64,000 bases of DNA, taken from positions 69,824 through 133,823 of the forward strand of contig JAKLGH010000001.1 in assembly GCA_022710775.1 (NCBI GenBank), read 5' to 3'. Under the pieces are notes generated by a model that was given only the letters and a program-made list of their open reading frames with translations, was not told the DNA's origin and searched no databases. Positions 37,888 to 46,972 of the stretch are shown piece after piece. Every line of letters starts with the position of its first letter. Positions within the stretch are counted from its first letter, which is position 1. The translations under genes and the position numbers were made by a program. Source of the DNA: Patescibacteria group bacterium. Lineage in GTDB: Bacteria > Patescibacteriota > Minisyncoccia > Minisyncoccales > UBA5738.

Positions 37888-37976
37888 CCGACCTTTTTAG
37901 TCGGCTTTTAATTTAAAAATGAACGCCGACTATTATTGTCGGTTTTAGCTTACCATCTTTGGACTTTTGTTGTCAA
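37888..37976 (-). promoter_or_regulatory. candidate iscR promoter with two CCGAC-N7-GTCGG palindromes (putative Rrf2/IscR operators)
   Basis: Site 1 at 37888..37904 is CCGACCTTTTTAGTCGG. Site 2 at 37926..37942 is CCGACTATTATTGTCGG. In minus orientation, TTGACA (37971..37976), an 18-nt spacer and TAAGCT (37947..37952) lie just upstream of site 2. ATACCGACCTTTTTAGTCGGCTTT resembles the E. coli type-1 IscR site consensus (ATASYYGACTRWWWYAGTCRRSTAT). Confidence 0.55.
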
Positions 37977-38131
37977 TGATCAATTTGGGAATGAATTTTG
38001 CCGCGCCGCTATGCCGAAACATGGTTAAATTTAGCTAGTCTTCCCTTTCCCCGAAAAAATAAAAATCCTATCGCGTTTTTTTCACATTGGCTAATTGCCC
38101 ATCCCCCTTCTTAAAGTTAATATCGCTTTTC

Positions 38132-38160
38132 TTGACAAAATAAATTTATTATATTATTAT
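38132..38160 (+). promoter_or_regulatory. candidate promoter TTGACA-N17-TATTAT for the 38175 gene (very short leader)
   Basis: TTGACA at 38132..38137, 17-nt spacer, TATTAT at 38155..38160. The ATG at 38175 is only ~8 nt from the predicted TSS. Confidence 0.45.
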
Positions 38161-38174
38161 TCGGCCAGTTTGAA

Positions 38175-39683
38175 ATGCGCACCTTAACAACGCGCGGGAA
38201 AAGGATTGAAATGGATAAATGGATATTCGTCGTCTGGCTCTTGTTCAGCCTTTGCTGGATTGATCCAGCCACAGGTAAAAATTGGAAAAAACGCTCCGCC
38301 CTGGGTTTTGTTTTGGGCGCGACCTTAAACGGCCTGTTTCTCTATTTAACCCAGATGACGCTGATTCCTGTCAACATTTTGCTGTATCTTGCGACCAACG
38401 TTGCTTGCGGAAAGATCTTTAACTCCATAACCAATGAATTCGCCAGATTCAAATCCGATGATAAGCACGACAGAAAGGTGCTGCCCTTCTTTTTCGGCGG
38501 AGTTGTATTATTTTGCGCGATGCTGGGATTGGCAATCATTTCGGAACCGGCTAACACAACGGCGCTTTACAACCTGGCAGAGCTCGAAGAACCCGATTTA
38601 AACCTTTTGAATACCAGCCATATCATCCTTATTAGCAGCAATAACGCCATTCGGCTGGGAAACAACAAGCTGGGAGAACTTGGCAACCAAGCCAAGATCG
38701 ATGAGGCCCGCTGGCAAGTGGTAAACGGCAAGCTCAATTATTTATTGCCGCTCGCTTACGCGGGCACCACCCAAGCCTGGGTTTTGGGCAACAAGGGCAC
38801 CGAGGGCTATTTGATGCTTTCGGCGGAAAACCAGTCCCCGGAAGTCCAATATGTCAAAGGACATAGCTTGCGTTATATTCCCTCGGCCATATTCGGACAC
38901 GACTTAAAACGGCACATCTGGGCCAAGTATCCAACCTTTTGGCAAGGCGACTCGATCTTCCAGCTGGACGGGAACGGCAACCCGATTTATGTGACAGTGC
39001 TTGACTTGCCTTCAGTCTGGGGCATTACGGGCGATAAACCGGCGGGCATTGTGGTCACCGATCCGGAGACAGGCCAAATGGCAAAATACGGCGTTTCCGA
39101 AATACCCGCATGGGTCCAGCGATCATACGAAGGCGAAACCGTCACCCAATATCTTCGCTGGTGGGGCTTATACCCGCACGGTTTCTGGAACACCTTGTTC
39201 TCCAAAAACGGCATAACCGCTCCCGTTAAGGATCTGTCATACCGTAAAGACGATATCGGAGAAATCAAGATCGTAGCCGGCCAAACGTCCGCCCTGCAAC
39301 CGCTTTGCGGCAATGACGGCCGCCTTTACTACGCCGCGGCCATGGGCAATCCAAACGACGACAGCCACAGCCTGACCGCGTATGTCGTCGCAAACGCCGC
39401 CAAACTGCCGATCAAGCTGATGCTTTACCCGATCAATGAGTCAATCGACAGTTTGGGCGCGGCCCAAAACATCCAACAGCTTGATGCCGTATCCCACGTG
39501 CCCGGACATTGCGTCCAACCTTTGAACCTGTATAACATTAGCGGAAAATACGCATGGCTCGGACCGGTAGCGACATCTTACGATGAATTCGCCGTCATAA
39601 GCCTGACCAGGCTTGACAACGGCAAAGCATACTTTGGCCAAAACCTGGCCGATGTTTACGCAAAAGCCGGATTAGACGGCTGA
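38175..39683 (+). CDS. hypothetical membrane protein (about 4 N-terminal TM helices plus a ~380-aa extracytoplasmic domain)
   Basis: 502-aa ORF with its own promoter and terminator. The N-terminal 130 aa are hydrophobic and the remainder is soluble and Trp/Gly-rich. No family recognised. Confidence 0.5.
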   Translation: MRTLTTRGKRIEMDKWIFVVWLLFSLCWIDPATGKNWKKRSALGFVLGATLNGLFLYLTQMTLIPVNILLYLATNVACGKIFNSITNEFARFKSDDKHDRKVLPFFFGGVVLFCAMLGLAIISEPANTTALYNLAELEEPDLNLLNTSHIILISSNNAIRLGNNKLGELGNQAKIDEARWQVVNGKLNYLLPLAYAGTTQAWVLGNKGTEGYLMLSAENQSPEVQYVKGHSLRYIPSAIFGHDLKRHIWAKYPTFWQGDSIFQLDGNGNPIYVTVLDLPSVWGITGDKPAGIVVTDPETGQMAKYGVSEIPAWVQRSYEGETVTQYLRWWGLYPHGFWNTLFSKNGITAPVKDLSYRKDDIGEIKIVAGQTSALQPLCGNDGRLYYAAAMGNPNDDSHSLTAYVVANAAKLPIKLMLYPINESIDSLGAAQNIQQLDAVSHVPGHCVQPLNLYNISGKYAWLGPVATSYDEFAVISLTRLDNGKAYFGQNLADVYAKAGLDG

Positions 39684-39689
39684 TTATTG

Positions 39690-39716
39690 AAGAGAGAAAT
39701 TATCTCTCTTTTTTCT
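39690..39716 (+). terminator. rho-independent terminator
   Basis: AAGAGAGA-AATTA-TCTCTCTT (8-bp stem) followed by TTTTTCTTT, starting 7 nt after the stop codon. Confidence 0.6.
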
Positions 39717-39790
39717 TTATCTTAATGGCTTGTTTAACGCCGTATTGCTTGTTATAAAGATATATCGACTAATAATAATCGAATACCATT

Positions 39791-40570
39791 ATGACTAAAA
39801 TCCAGCCCAAATGGAAGCTCACTTTAAAGGTTTTGCCTTTTGTTTTTGCCGCGGTCGCGGCCAAGTCGATCACCCATTACTACGGCTGGGAATATTTTTC
39901 GCTGTCCCCGCTTTTCACCGCGCTTATTTCGGCCAACATCTTTCTGGTAGGTTTTTTAATAACCGGCGTTTTAAGCGATTATAAAGAAAGCGAAAAGCTT
40001 CCAGCCGAGCTGGCGTCAAGCATTGAGACCGTCGCCGACGAATTCATCATTATTGCCAAAACCAAAAAAGCCAAGGAAGCCAGGGACGGCCTCGCCTATT
40101 GCATCGCTTTCGCGCAGGCTTTTTTGAACTGGACCAGGAAAAAAGTGAAAACCGGTGCGCTGATGGATAAGATATCGGGCTTCAACGACTGCTTTATCGC
40201 TGTCGAAAGCCTTACCCAGCCAAACTTCATCGCCCGACTCAAATCCGAACAACATCTGATCCGAAAAGTTGTCAACCGCATCCACACCATCCGCGAAACT
40301 AATTTTTCGGAAGCCGCTTACGCAATCGCCGAAATCATCACCATGCTTCTGGTGGCCGGGTTTTTGTTTGTTAAGATCGAACCTTATTATGAAAGTATTT
40401 TCTTTTTGGCGTTCGTAAGCTTCATTCTTATTTACCTGCTTTTCCTCATCCGCGATCTCGACAACCCTTTCAGTTATTACGAAAAAGAATCACTCACCGA
40501 AGAAGTCTCGCTTTATCCGGTCGAAAACGTCAAAAACCGCCTCACAGCTGCCACACGTGAATTTGATTGA
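39791..40570 (+). CDS. hypothetical membrane protein (2 N-terminal and 2 C-terminal TM helices)
   Basis: 259-aa ORF whose topology is reminiscent of bestrophin/DUF4239-type proteins. The motifs are not convincing, so it is left unassigned. Confidence 0.5.
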   Translation: MTKIQPKWKLTLKVLPFVFAAVAAKSITHYYGWEYFSLSPLFTALISANIFLVGFLITGVLSDYKESEKLPAELASSIETVADEFIIIAKTKKAKEARDGLAYCIAFAQAFLNWTRKKVKTGALMDKISGFNDCFIAVESLTQPNFIARLKSEQHLIRKVVNRIHTIRETNFSEAAYAIAEIITMLLVAGFLFVKIEPYYESIFFLAFVSFILIYLLFLIRDLDNPFSYYEKESLTEEVSLYPVENVKNRLTAATREFD

Positions 40571-40593
40571 AGACGGAGCAAAACCGGCATAAG

Positions 40594-40624
40594 AAAATCC
40601 TGGAATCATGTTCCAGGATTTTTT
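40594..40624. terminator. bidirectional rho-independent terminator between convergent genes
   Basis: AAAATCCTGGAA-TCATG-TTCCAGGATTTT: a 9-bp core stem extended by A:T pairs, with an A-tract upstream and a T-tract downstream. Confidence 0.65.
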
Positions 40625-40654
40625 ATCGCCTTAAAGCGGAAAATTATAAAAGAA

Positions 40655-41218
40655 TTAAGGAAAAAACTGCTTTAAAGTAAGCTGCGCCCGTTTTTTCTTT
40701 GCCTCTCTTTTTTCCGCCAAGGCCCGATCCTTAACCTGCCGCTCGTGTTCTCTGATCGCCATTATGATCGCGTCGATCAGTTCGCAGGGATAGTTGAAGA
40801 CGAACAGGGTCTGCGTACCCGGAACTTGGACTGAATCGGTCTTTTCATACTGGTTGCCTTCACAACCGTTCACGGCAAGATCCTGATAGTCAAGAATTTG
40901 CCGGCCGTGGTTATAGATAAGACACCTTCTATAACCGGATCTTGGCGGCAATACCGTATACAAGACCGAAGTTGCCACTTCAGAAAAATAAGCTATCCCG
41001 TCGAAGTCAGAATTAATTTTCTCGCTTTCGTAGGAGATCAACAGATTCCGGCGGCCGTCTTTCTTGTGAAAGATCTTGGTTGTTTCGCTGATCGCTTTTT
41101 GAGCGATCATTTCCAGCGGCACCTTCTTAACATATCCTGAAACCATTAAGCGCCGTTCTATCTCTCGTGCCGTGTCTGGTACCAGCTGTTGAAACCCTTC
41201 ATATTCCATTAATACCAT
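40655..41218 (-). CDS. hypothetical cytoplasmic protein
   Basis: 187-aa ORF with no TM helix, a basic C-terminal tail (KREAKKKRAQ), and no recognised motifs. Confidence 0.45.
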   Translation of the reverse strand: MVLMEYEGFQQLVPDTAREIERRLMVSGYVKKVPLEMIAQKAISETTKIFHKKDGRRNLLISYESEKINSDFDGIAYFSEVATSVLYTVLPPRSGYRRCLIYNHGRQILDYQDLAVNGCEGNQYEKTDSVQVPGTQTLFVFNYPCELIDAIIMAIREHERQVKDRALAEKREAKKKRAQLTLKQFFP

Positions 41219-41302
41219 CCTCCTATGCGATTGCTTATTTCGTAATTCAAAAAACGGCCCCAGTCAATGGCCGCGCAAAAAAAATGCCGGTTGCCCGCGT
41301 AT

Positions 41303-42250
41303 CTACTCGCCCTTCAGCCGCCCTTGAATGTCGGTCTTGATTTCCTGAGGCGTGGAAAATCTTGCGTCAGCGGGCCGGTAAGGATTCATCGGCGCCAGCT
41401 TCGCGTAAAGGGCGTCGAAACCCTCCCAGGCTTTATCCGATTCGCCCGCCGCCAAATAATTGGCGGCCCGTTCCGCGAAATAGCGGCAGCGCGCCGCCGG
41501 CAAATCCGTATCGGGATATGAATTTTTCGAAGTATTGTAATATTTCTCCAGATCCAGTTCGTTTTTTTGAGCCGCCTGGATAAATTCGCTTTTAAAATCC
41601 TGGTTTTTTTCGGTTAATTTTCCATCCGCCAGCTGGAAATACCGGTAGATCATGGGAGAATCCTGAAAGGAGCCGCAAAAATACATCAAACGGTCATCGG
41701 CAAGCTTCAAATAAAGATTGCCGTCCTTTTCCACTAGATTTTCTTCGCCTTCCGGATAAACATTTCCCATGTCGGCCATCGAAACAGTTGATAAAACGGG
41801 GTTTAAAATATTCTGGGCATCCAGCGTAAAAGCATACCATCCAAAACAGCAATGCTCTCCGCCGGTATAATCGGCGGAAACAATATACCGCGATCCCCGG
41901 TAATCAAACGCGAAAGAATAGTTATCAACGGTTTCCGACGCCGCGGCCCGCGCCTCATCAACGGCGCTTAAACCAAGCTCACGGTAAACGGGCGATACGG
42001 ATAACAGCTTGGCAACCAGCAATTTCTTGATGTCGTCGTTTAAACCGGCCATGGAATATGTCTTTTCTCCGGTTTTGGGCGGCGTCTTCACCACCGGCGC
42101 CTCTTTTCTGGGAACTTCCACTGAAGGCAAAGGCTGGTCGAGTTTTTTTTCCGCGCTAAAAAATTGCCAGTATAATCCCAGCCCCGCAGCTCCCAAAATT
42201 ACGATTAAATAAAAGCCGGCATGGCTTTTGTTTTTTGCCTTTCTGCCCAT
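41303..42250 (-). CDS. hypothetical protein, N-terminal TM anchor, extracytoplasmic
   Basis: 315-aa ORF with a TM segment (FYLIVILGAAGLGLYWQFF) followed by a Pro/Lys linker. No recognised motifs. Confidence 0.5.
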   Translation of the reverse strand: MGRKAKNKSHAGFYLIVILGAAGLGLYWQFFSAEKKLDQPLPSVEVPRKEAPVVKTPPKTGEKTYSMAGLNDDIKKLLVAKLLSVSPVYRELGLSAVDEARAAASETVDNYSFAFDYRGSRYIVSADYTGGEHCCFGWYAFTLDAQNILNPVLSTVSMADMGNVYPEGEENLVEKDGNLYLKLADDRLMYFCGSFQDSPMIYRYFQLADGKLTEKNQDFKSEFIQAAQKNELDLEKYYNTSKNSYPDTDLPAARCRYFAERAANYLAAGESDKAWEGFDALYAKLAPMNPYRPADARFSTPQEIKTDIQGRLKGE

Positions 42251-42334
42251 GATTTTTTGTTTATGTTTTCATTATAGTGTTTTTTATTAATTTGTTAACT
42301 GCCTCCGATGCGCCGCAAACGATAAAAAAAGAAG

Positions 42335-42673
42335 CTAGGTTTTACCCGCTCCCTTTAACGCCATTTTTTTTGCATCCTCCCTAAACAGAAAGATACAAAC
42401 GGCTAGCGCCGTAAGAATACCGCCGGATGCCGCCGCCACCTGCAAATCTTGGTACCAATACAATAAGTATCCAAGCAACGCGGCTATCGCGCCCGAAACT
42501 ATCAAATCCTTGAAAGTATCAAGATCATTGACCGTACTTTTCCGGTCGATCTGCCGCAATCCAACCCAGATAAGGCCTATAGAAAAAGCCACGCAGGTCA
42601 GAACCGCGGCTTCAAGGTTTTGGTTTAAATGTAATACCCAGTAATACAGGATAAATCCCACGGTAGCGCTCAC
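42335..42673 (-). CDS. small hypothetical membrane protein (3-4 TM helices)
   Basis: 112-aa hydrophobic ORF with a GTG start in the track. The start is uncertain. Confidence 0.4.
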   Translation of the reverse strand: MSATVGFILYYWVLHLNQNLEAAVLTCVAFSIGLIWVGLRQIDRKSTVNDLDTFKDLIVSGAIAALLGYLLYWYQDLQVAAASGGILTALAVCIFLFREDAKKMALKGAGKT

Positions 42674-42821
42674 GATGACATCCTTACCGATATCGATATT
42701 TTGAAGACCCTTCGTATCTATTCCCCCTTTGATAGGTTAACATTATTATATATAATATTATTCTTTTTGTCAAAAAATAGGGTTAAAAAGTTCTCATTAT
42801 TTAAAAATCCGGCTTCTTTGG

Positions 42822-44687
42822 TCACTGGTTGCGATCCTTAATCACCTGTTTTCCCGCCTCCATCAGCAATTCCAAAAAGGCTGCGCTGGTCCACGCCTGG
42901 GCCGGAGAACCAGCCGAGTCGAAATGGCTCGCCGGGCTAAGCTCCGCGGCGTATCCGGATATTCCGGTCCATAAAAGGTCGTAGGATCCGGCCTCGAATA
43001 TCTTTTTTATATTATAGTCAAAACGCTTTTGATCCAAACGGCTTAAAACGATCGCGGCCAGGTCATTTAGATAAAACCAGCTGTCTCCGTTGTGATAGCT
43101 AGCCGGATTTTCGCCGGTATGTCCGTCATGGAATTCCGGCAGGGTCTTGTCGATAGTGGCCAGCCCTCCCCAGTCAAGCCAGAGTTTTTGCAAGGCACCT
43201 TTAAAGCATTTAATCCATTCTTCCCTGTCCAGCAGCTTCGGATAGGCGTAAGCGGCCAGGAAAATATTCGGCCTTAAGGTCCAATCGGGCTGTCCGGATT
43301 TCGGATCGAAACCGTCGGCCAGGCGGGTTCCGTCCCAGAAGTTTTTGCGCACCAAGCGCAATAAAGCGGCTTCAAGCCCGGCATACCGCTCTTTGCTCCG
43401 CGGAGAAACGGCCAGATCCTTGGCCAAACGGTACATTGCCAGCCTCATTGCCTGGATCTCGATTAACGCGCCCGCCCGGCTCAAACTATCCATCCAGGTT
43501 TCTTGGGACTGGCTGTAAGCCAAACCTCCAACCGTCCTTTCGGCAATATCGCGGTCGATCGTTTTTCTCAAAGCCTCGATAACCCGCTTTTTTTCCGCGC
43601 TTCCGAGCAGCCCTTCAGAAATCATCCAGCCCGAACGCAGAAAAAACCACCCAGCCTCGTCAGCTGTCTTGGTTTTGTATTCAAAAACCTCCATTTCCAG
43701 AAGGCGCCTTGCGAAAATGCTTTGCGCGGCTTTGGGATTGAATTCGGCTAGCGCTTTAAGGCAAACTCCCTCGTCACGGTTCCAGAACTGGTAAAACCAA
43801 GGCAAGCCCGCGAACATGCCGGAAAATTCCCCGGCCTTAACGACAAAGGAATTCAAAGAAGTAAGCGCGCAAAAAGCGTTGGCGATCAAATCCTTGTTTT
43901 TCAGCTGCTTTTCCTTAATATGCTTATTTCCAATGAAAGAGCGAAATAACTTCTTGCATTCATTAATTTTTGCCAGCTTTAAACGTTCGTAATTTTGATA
44001 AATGAAACGCGCCAATTCTTTAGCTTTGCCCGCATCAAACGATACCGCCATAACGATTTTTGACGCAGTAACATTCAGCGCCCGGAAAACATACCGTTCA
44101 TAGGGAGGGGAATTTCTCGAGTGGTCATACGAGTAATCCCGCCTGACCCAATTAGGGGGCAATCCGTTGTCGCCTCCGTCGAACCTTAAAGCGATGTATA
44201 ATTTTTCGCAAAGCATTCCCGGATGGGAATATTCAATAATCGTGTACCCGTCTTGGCGCGAGATTTTGTAATACCGGTCCCAATCGCTATGGTCGTTGCA
44301 TTCGGCCACGTCGAAATAAAGATCGCAGGTAACTTTGCGGTTCGTTTCATACACCAGGCCGTCATAGCCGGGTGTTAAAAAAAATTTTTCCGACACATCC
44401 CCTCTGACGCGGTCAAAAGAACAAAAATTGTTCCTCAATTCATCAACCGGGCCCGAACCGGCAATCTCAATGCTTTCAAGGACTTTGATCATTTTCTTGC
44501 CGCGGATATCCGGCGGCGAAAAAAACCAACCCTGGTAGCGGCTGGACGGACTGCCGTCAAGCCAGAGGAATCCGCCCGAATTATCAGCCAAAATCAAGCC
44601 AAGCTGTTCCTGGCTTTTTATCTCCTTTTGGACGGTAAATTCTTTTTCAAGGGTGTGGATTATCTTCATCGGAAAATATTCTGACAC
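42822..44687 (-). CDS. glycogen-debranching-enzyme-like amylo-alpha-1,6-glucosidase (GDE_C, six-hairpin glycosidase family)
   Basis: GLPWFYQFWNRDEGVCL, SYHNGDSWFYLNDLAAIVL and SPAQAWTSAAFLELL resemble the conserved motifs of archaeal/bacterial GDE_C proteins. Confidence 0.78.
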   Translation of the reverse strand: MSEYFPMKIIHTLEKEFTVQKEIKSQEQLGLILADNSGGFLWLDGSPSSRYQGWFFSPPDIRGKKMIKVLESIEIAGSGPVDELRNNFCSFDRVRGDVSEKFFLTPGYDGLVYETNRKVTCDLYFDVAECNDHSDWDRYYKISRQDGYTIIEYSHPGMLCEKLYIALRFDGGDNGLPPNWVRRDYSYDHSRNSPPYERYVFRALNVTASKIVMAVSFDAGKAKELARFIYQNYERLKLAKINECKKLFRSFIGNKHIKEKQLKNKDLIANAFCALTSLNSFVVKAGEFSGMFAGLPWFYQFWNRDEGVCLKALAEFNPKAAQSIFARRLLEMEVFEYKTKTADEAGWFFLRSGWMISEGLLGSAEKKRVIEALRKTIDRDIAERTVGGLAYSQSQETWMDSLSRAGALIEIQAMRLAMYRLAKDLAVSPRSKERYAGLEAALLRLVRKNFWDGTRLADGFDPKSGQPDWTLRPNIFLAAYAYPKLLDREEWIKCFKGALQKLWLDWGGLATIDKTLPEFHDGHTGENPASYHNGDSWFYLNDLAAIVLSRLDQKRFDYNIKKIFEAGSYDLLWTGISGYAAELSPASHFDSAGSPAQAWTSAAFLELLMEAGKQVIKDRNQ

Positions 44688-44690
44688 GCT

Positions 44691-46505
44691 TTAGGCGCGG
44701 CTCTTTGAAGCTTTCAAAGCCTTGTTATGCGCTTCAATGTAATTTTGCGCCAGATTGGCCCAGTCGCAATATTCAACCAGTTCGCGAGCCTTGATCTTGT
44801 TCTCGACGCGGTCTTTGCGAGTCAGTGTCGAAAAATCGTACAATACTCCCGACAGCTGCTTTCCCGCTTCAGAGGCATCCTTTCCGAAATTATTGATCAC
44901 AAAAATTCCCGGCTGGTTGTTATCGCGCGGAACATGGCTCATAAAGCGCCCGACTCCGGACATATCGCTTGTTACCGCGGCAACCCCTTCCACCGCCGCT
45001 TCCAACGGAGTATATCCCCAAGGCTCGTAATAAGAGGGAAAAATACCCAGATGGCAACCTTGGATCGCTCCCTGGACGTTTAAATTCAAAATACCGTCGT
45101 GTTCGGTCAGATACACCGGATAGAATACAACCTTGACCCTATCGCTTTTGGCATTCGCCAAACCCGCTTCCTGGAATGCGTTCATAATAGTTTCGTCGTG
45201 GCTGCTTAAACGGTGCGTGCAGATAAGCGGGTTTCCTTCGCGTTTGGTCTTTTTTAATTTTCTTTCCAGGATGTCGTGGGTTTTATCGTCGAATACATCG
45301 GTGTCTTTCAGCGTTTTTCCGGTTAAGATCGAGTTGACAAAGCTTTCGACCATATCCTGGGAATTTTCCTCGACGAATTGTTTAACATCGTTGTACCCGC
45401 TCCGGTTTTCCAAAAGCTCCTCCTCGATTCCGTTTACCCCGGCCGGGATCCAGAAAAACGTTACAATCGTTTTTTTGCTTTTTTCTTCCTTCAGCCTGTT
45501 GTTCATCTCGCCCAGAGATTTGATCAGCAGATCTATCCCTTTGGCATGGAATTCATAGCGCCCGATAATGAAGTAAAAAAGCGTGTTTTTCAAGTCGAAC
45601 GTGTAATAAGGAAAAAAATAGTAAAACAGAAATTCCCGAATCCGGCCGCGCTGGATATGATGCTTGACGGCCACTTCCTCGAAGCTGGTCGATTTGGACA
45701 AATCCAGGCCGTTAGGCAAAAAAACATCCGGCATCCGGTTCAAAAAGCGGTCGCATTCCACGCCGGTAATTTCGGACACCGTTGTGAAGATATCGCAATT
45801 CAAAGCGGCGGCGCGCTCCAGCAGATGCTTGGCGGCTATGCCGTAACGATAAGCTTCTTTCTGCGCATCGATCTGGTCCAGGATAGTGTAAAAATCAACA
45901 TTCGCGAAAGCCATGCTCCTCCCTAAAGACGTGGCATGAGTGGTAAATACCGTCGCCGTTTTAACGCCGAATTTTTTTGCGAACAGAAGCGCCGCCCCGG
46001 CCAGCCATTCGTGGAAATGAGCTACGATCTTCTCTTTTTCATAAGCCTGGCTCAATTTCTCCAAAAGTTTCGCAACCGCGAAACCCCAGACAACCGGTTC
46101 GTCGAACTCGCGAATTGAATTTAGCGAATCGATCTGATATGCGTCCCATAACTGCCATTTGAACTGGTTTATGTCCTTCCAAAGGGCGCTAAAATCAACC
46201 AAAATAACTTTGGGCTCGCCATCGATGATCCAGCGGCCAAAATGGCAATTGATTCCCTCCGCGGCCAATGAATCGAAAATCTCCTGCAACTCGCGCTCCG
46301 GTTTACGCTCTTCAAAAAAATTCTTGGCGCTGCTGTCCAGATACGGGCCAACCAGGTAATAACCGGGGCCGTAATATTTTTGCATCTGAACAGCCTTGGT
46401 CGCCAAAACCGTATTGATTCCGCCTACTTTGTTGCAAACCTCCCATGAGATCTCGAAAGCCAGATCGGCTTCCGCTACGATTGTTTTTTTAGATATTTCT
46501 TCCAT
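44691..46505 (-). CDS. glycogen synthase of the eukaryote-like GT3 type
   Basis: The N-terminus FEISWEVCNKVGGINTVLATKA...YYLVGPY...FGRWIIDGEPKVILVDF parallels the animal/fungal glycogen synthase N-terminus ([39 protein letters not shown]). The C-terminus reads PSYYEPWGYTPLE. Confidence 0.85.
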   Translation of the reverse strand: MEEISKKTIVAEADLAFEISWEVCNKVGGINTVLATKAVQMQKYYGPGYYLVGPYLDSSAKNFFEERKPERELQEIFDSLAAEGINCHFGRWIIDGEPKVILVDFSALWKDINQFKWQLWDAYQIDSLNSIREFDEPVVWGFAVAKLLEKLSQAYEKEKIVAHFHEWLAGAALLFAKKFGVKTATVFTTHATSLGRSMAFANVDFYTILDQIDAQKEAYRYGIAAKHLLERAAALNCDIFTTVSEITGVECDRFLNRMPDVFLPNGLDLSKSTSFEEVAVKHHIQRGRIREFLFYYFFPYYTFDLKNTLFYFIIGRYEFHAKGIDLLIKSLGEMNNRLKEEKSKKTIVTFFWIPAGVNGIEEELLENRSGYNDVKQFVEENSQDMVESFVNSILTGKTLKDTDVFDDKTHDILERKLKKTKREGNPLICTHRLSSHDETIMNAFQEAGLANAKSDRVKVVFYPVYLTEHDGILNLNVQGAIQGCHLGIFPSYYEPWGYTPLEAAVEGVAAVTSDMSGVGRFMSHVPRDNNQPGIFVINNFGKDASEAGKQLSGVLYDFSTLTRKDRVENKIKARELVEYCDWANLAQNYIEAHNKALKASKSRA

Positions 46506-46599
46506 ATCAACCTATATGAAACACACTTGCTTAAAAGCATGCTTGCCTGAATACGCGCATAAAAACACTGCCAAAAATTCCGCTTAATTCTGCGGCGGC

Positions 46600-46947
46600 T
46601 TAAAAGAATGTCCAGAGCTTAGCGCTTTCGGTTTTGCTTTTTATCAGCTTTGCGGCCGCTTTCGCGGTCTTGGCTTTCCGGATCGCCAGCCCCAGCTTCT
46701 TTTCCTGGAAAACATCCTCGATCCAGTTGGCAAAATCGTTCTTATCCTTGGTTACATGGAATTTCCATATGGAATCTTCCATTTTTTCCAAGACGGCACC
46801 CAAGTCGCTTAAACCGGCAATCACCTTGCCGCTATTCAGCCAAAACCGTTTGTCAATGGGCGCTTCGAACGCCGCTTTTTTAGCCGTTGTTGTTTTTTTT
46901 ACCATTTTTTTTCTTAAGCGCGCTTCCCGGTCAACGGTTAGACGCAC
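46600..46947 (-). CDS. hypothetical small protein embedded in the glycogen gene cluster
   Basis: 115-aa ORF between the GH57 and GT3 genes on the same strand. No recognised motifs. Confidence 0.45.
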   Translation of the reverse strand: MRLTVDREARLRKKMVKKTTTAKKAAFEAPIDKRFWLNSGKVIAGLSDLGAVLEKMEDSIWKFHVTKDKNDFANWIEDVFQEKKLGLAIRKAKTAKAAAKLIKSKTESAKLWTFF

Positions 46948-46972
46948 CTTAAGTTCATTGCTTGCGACCTTT

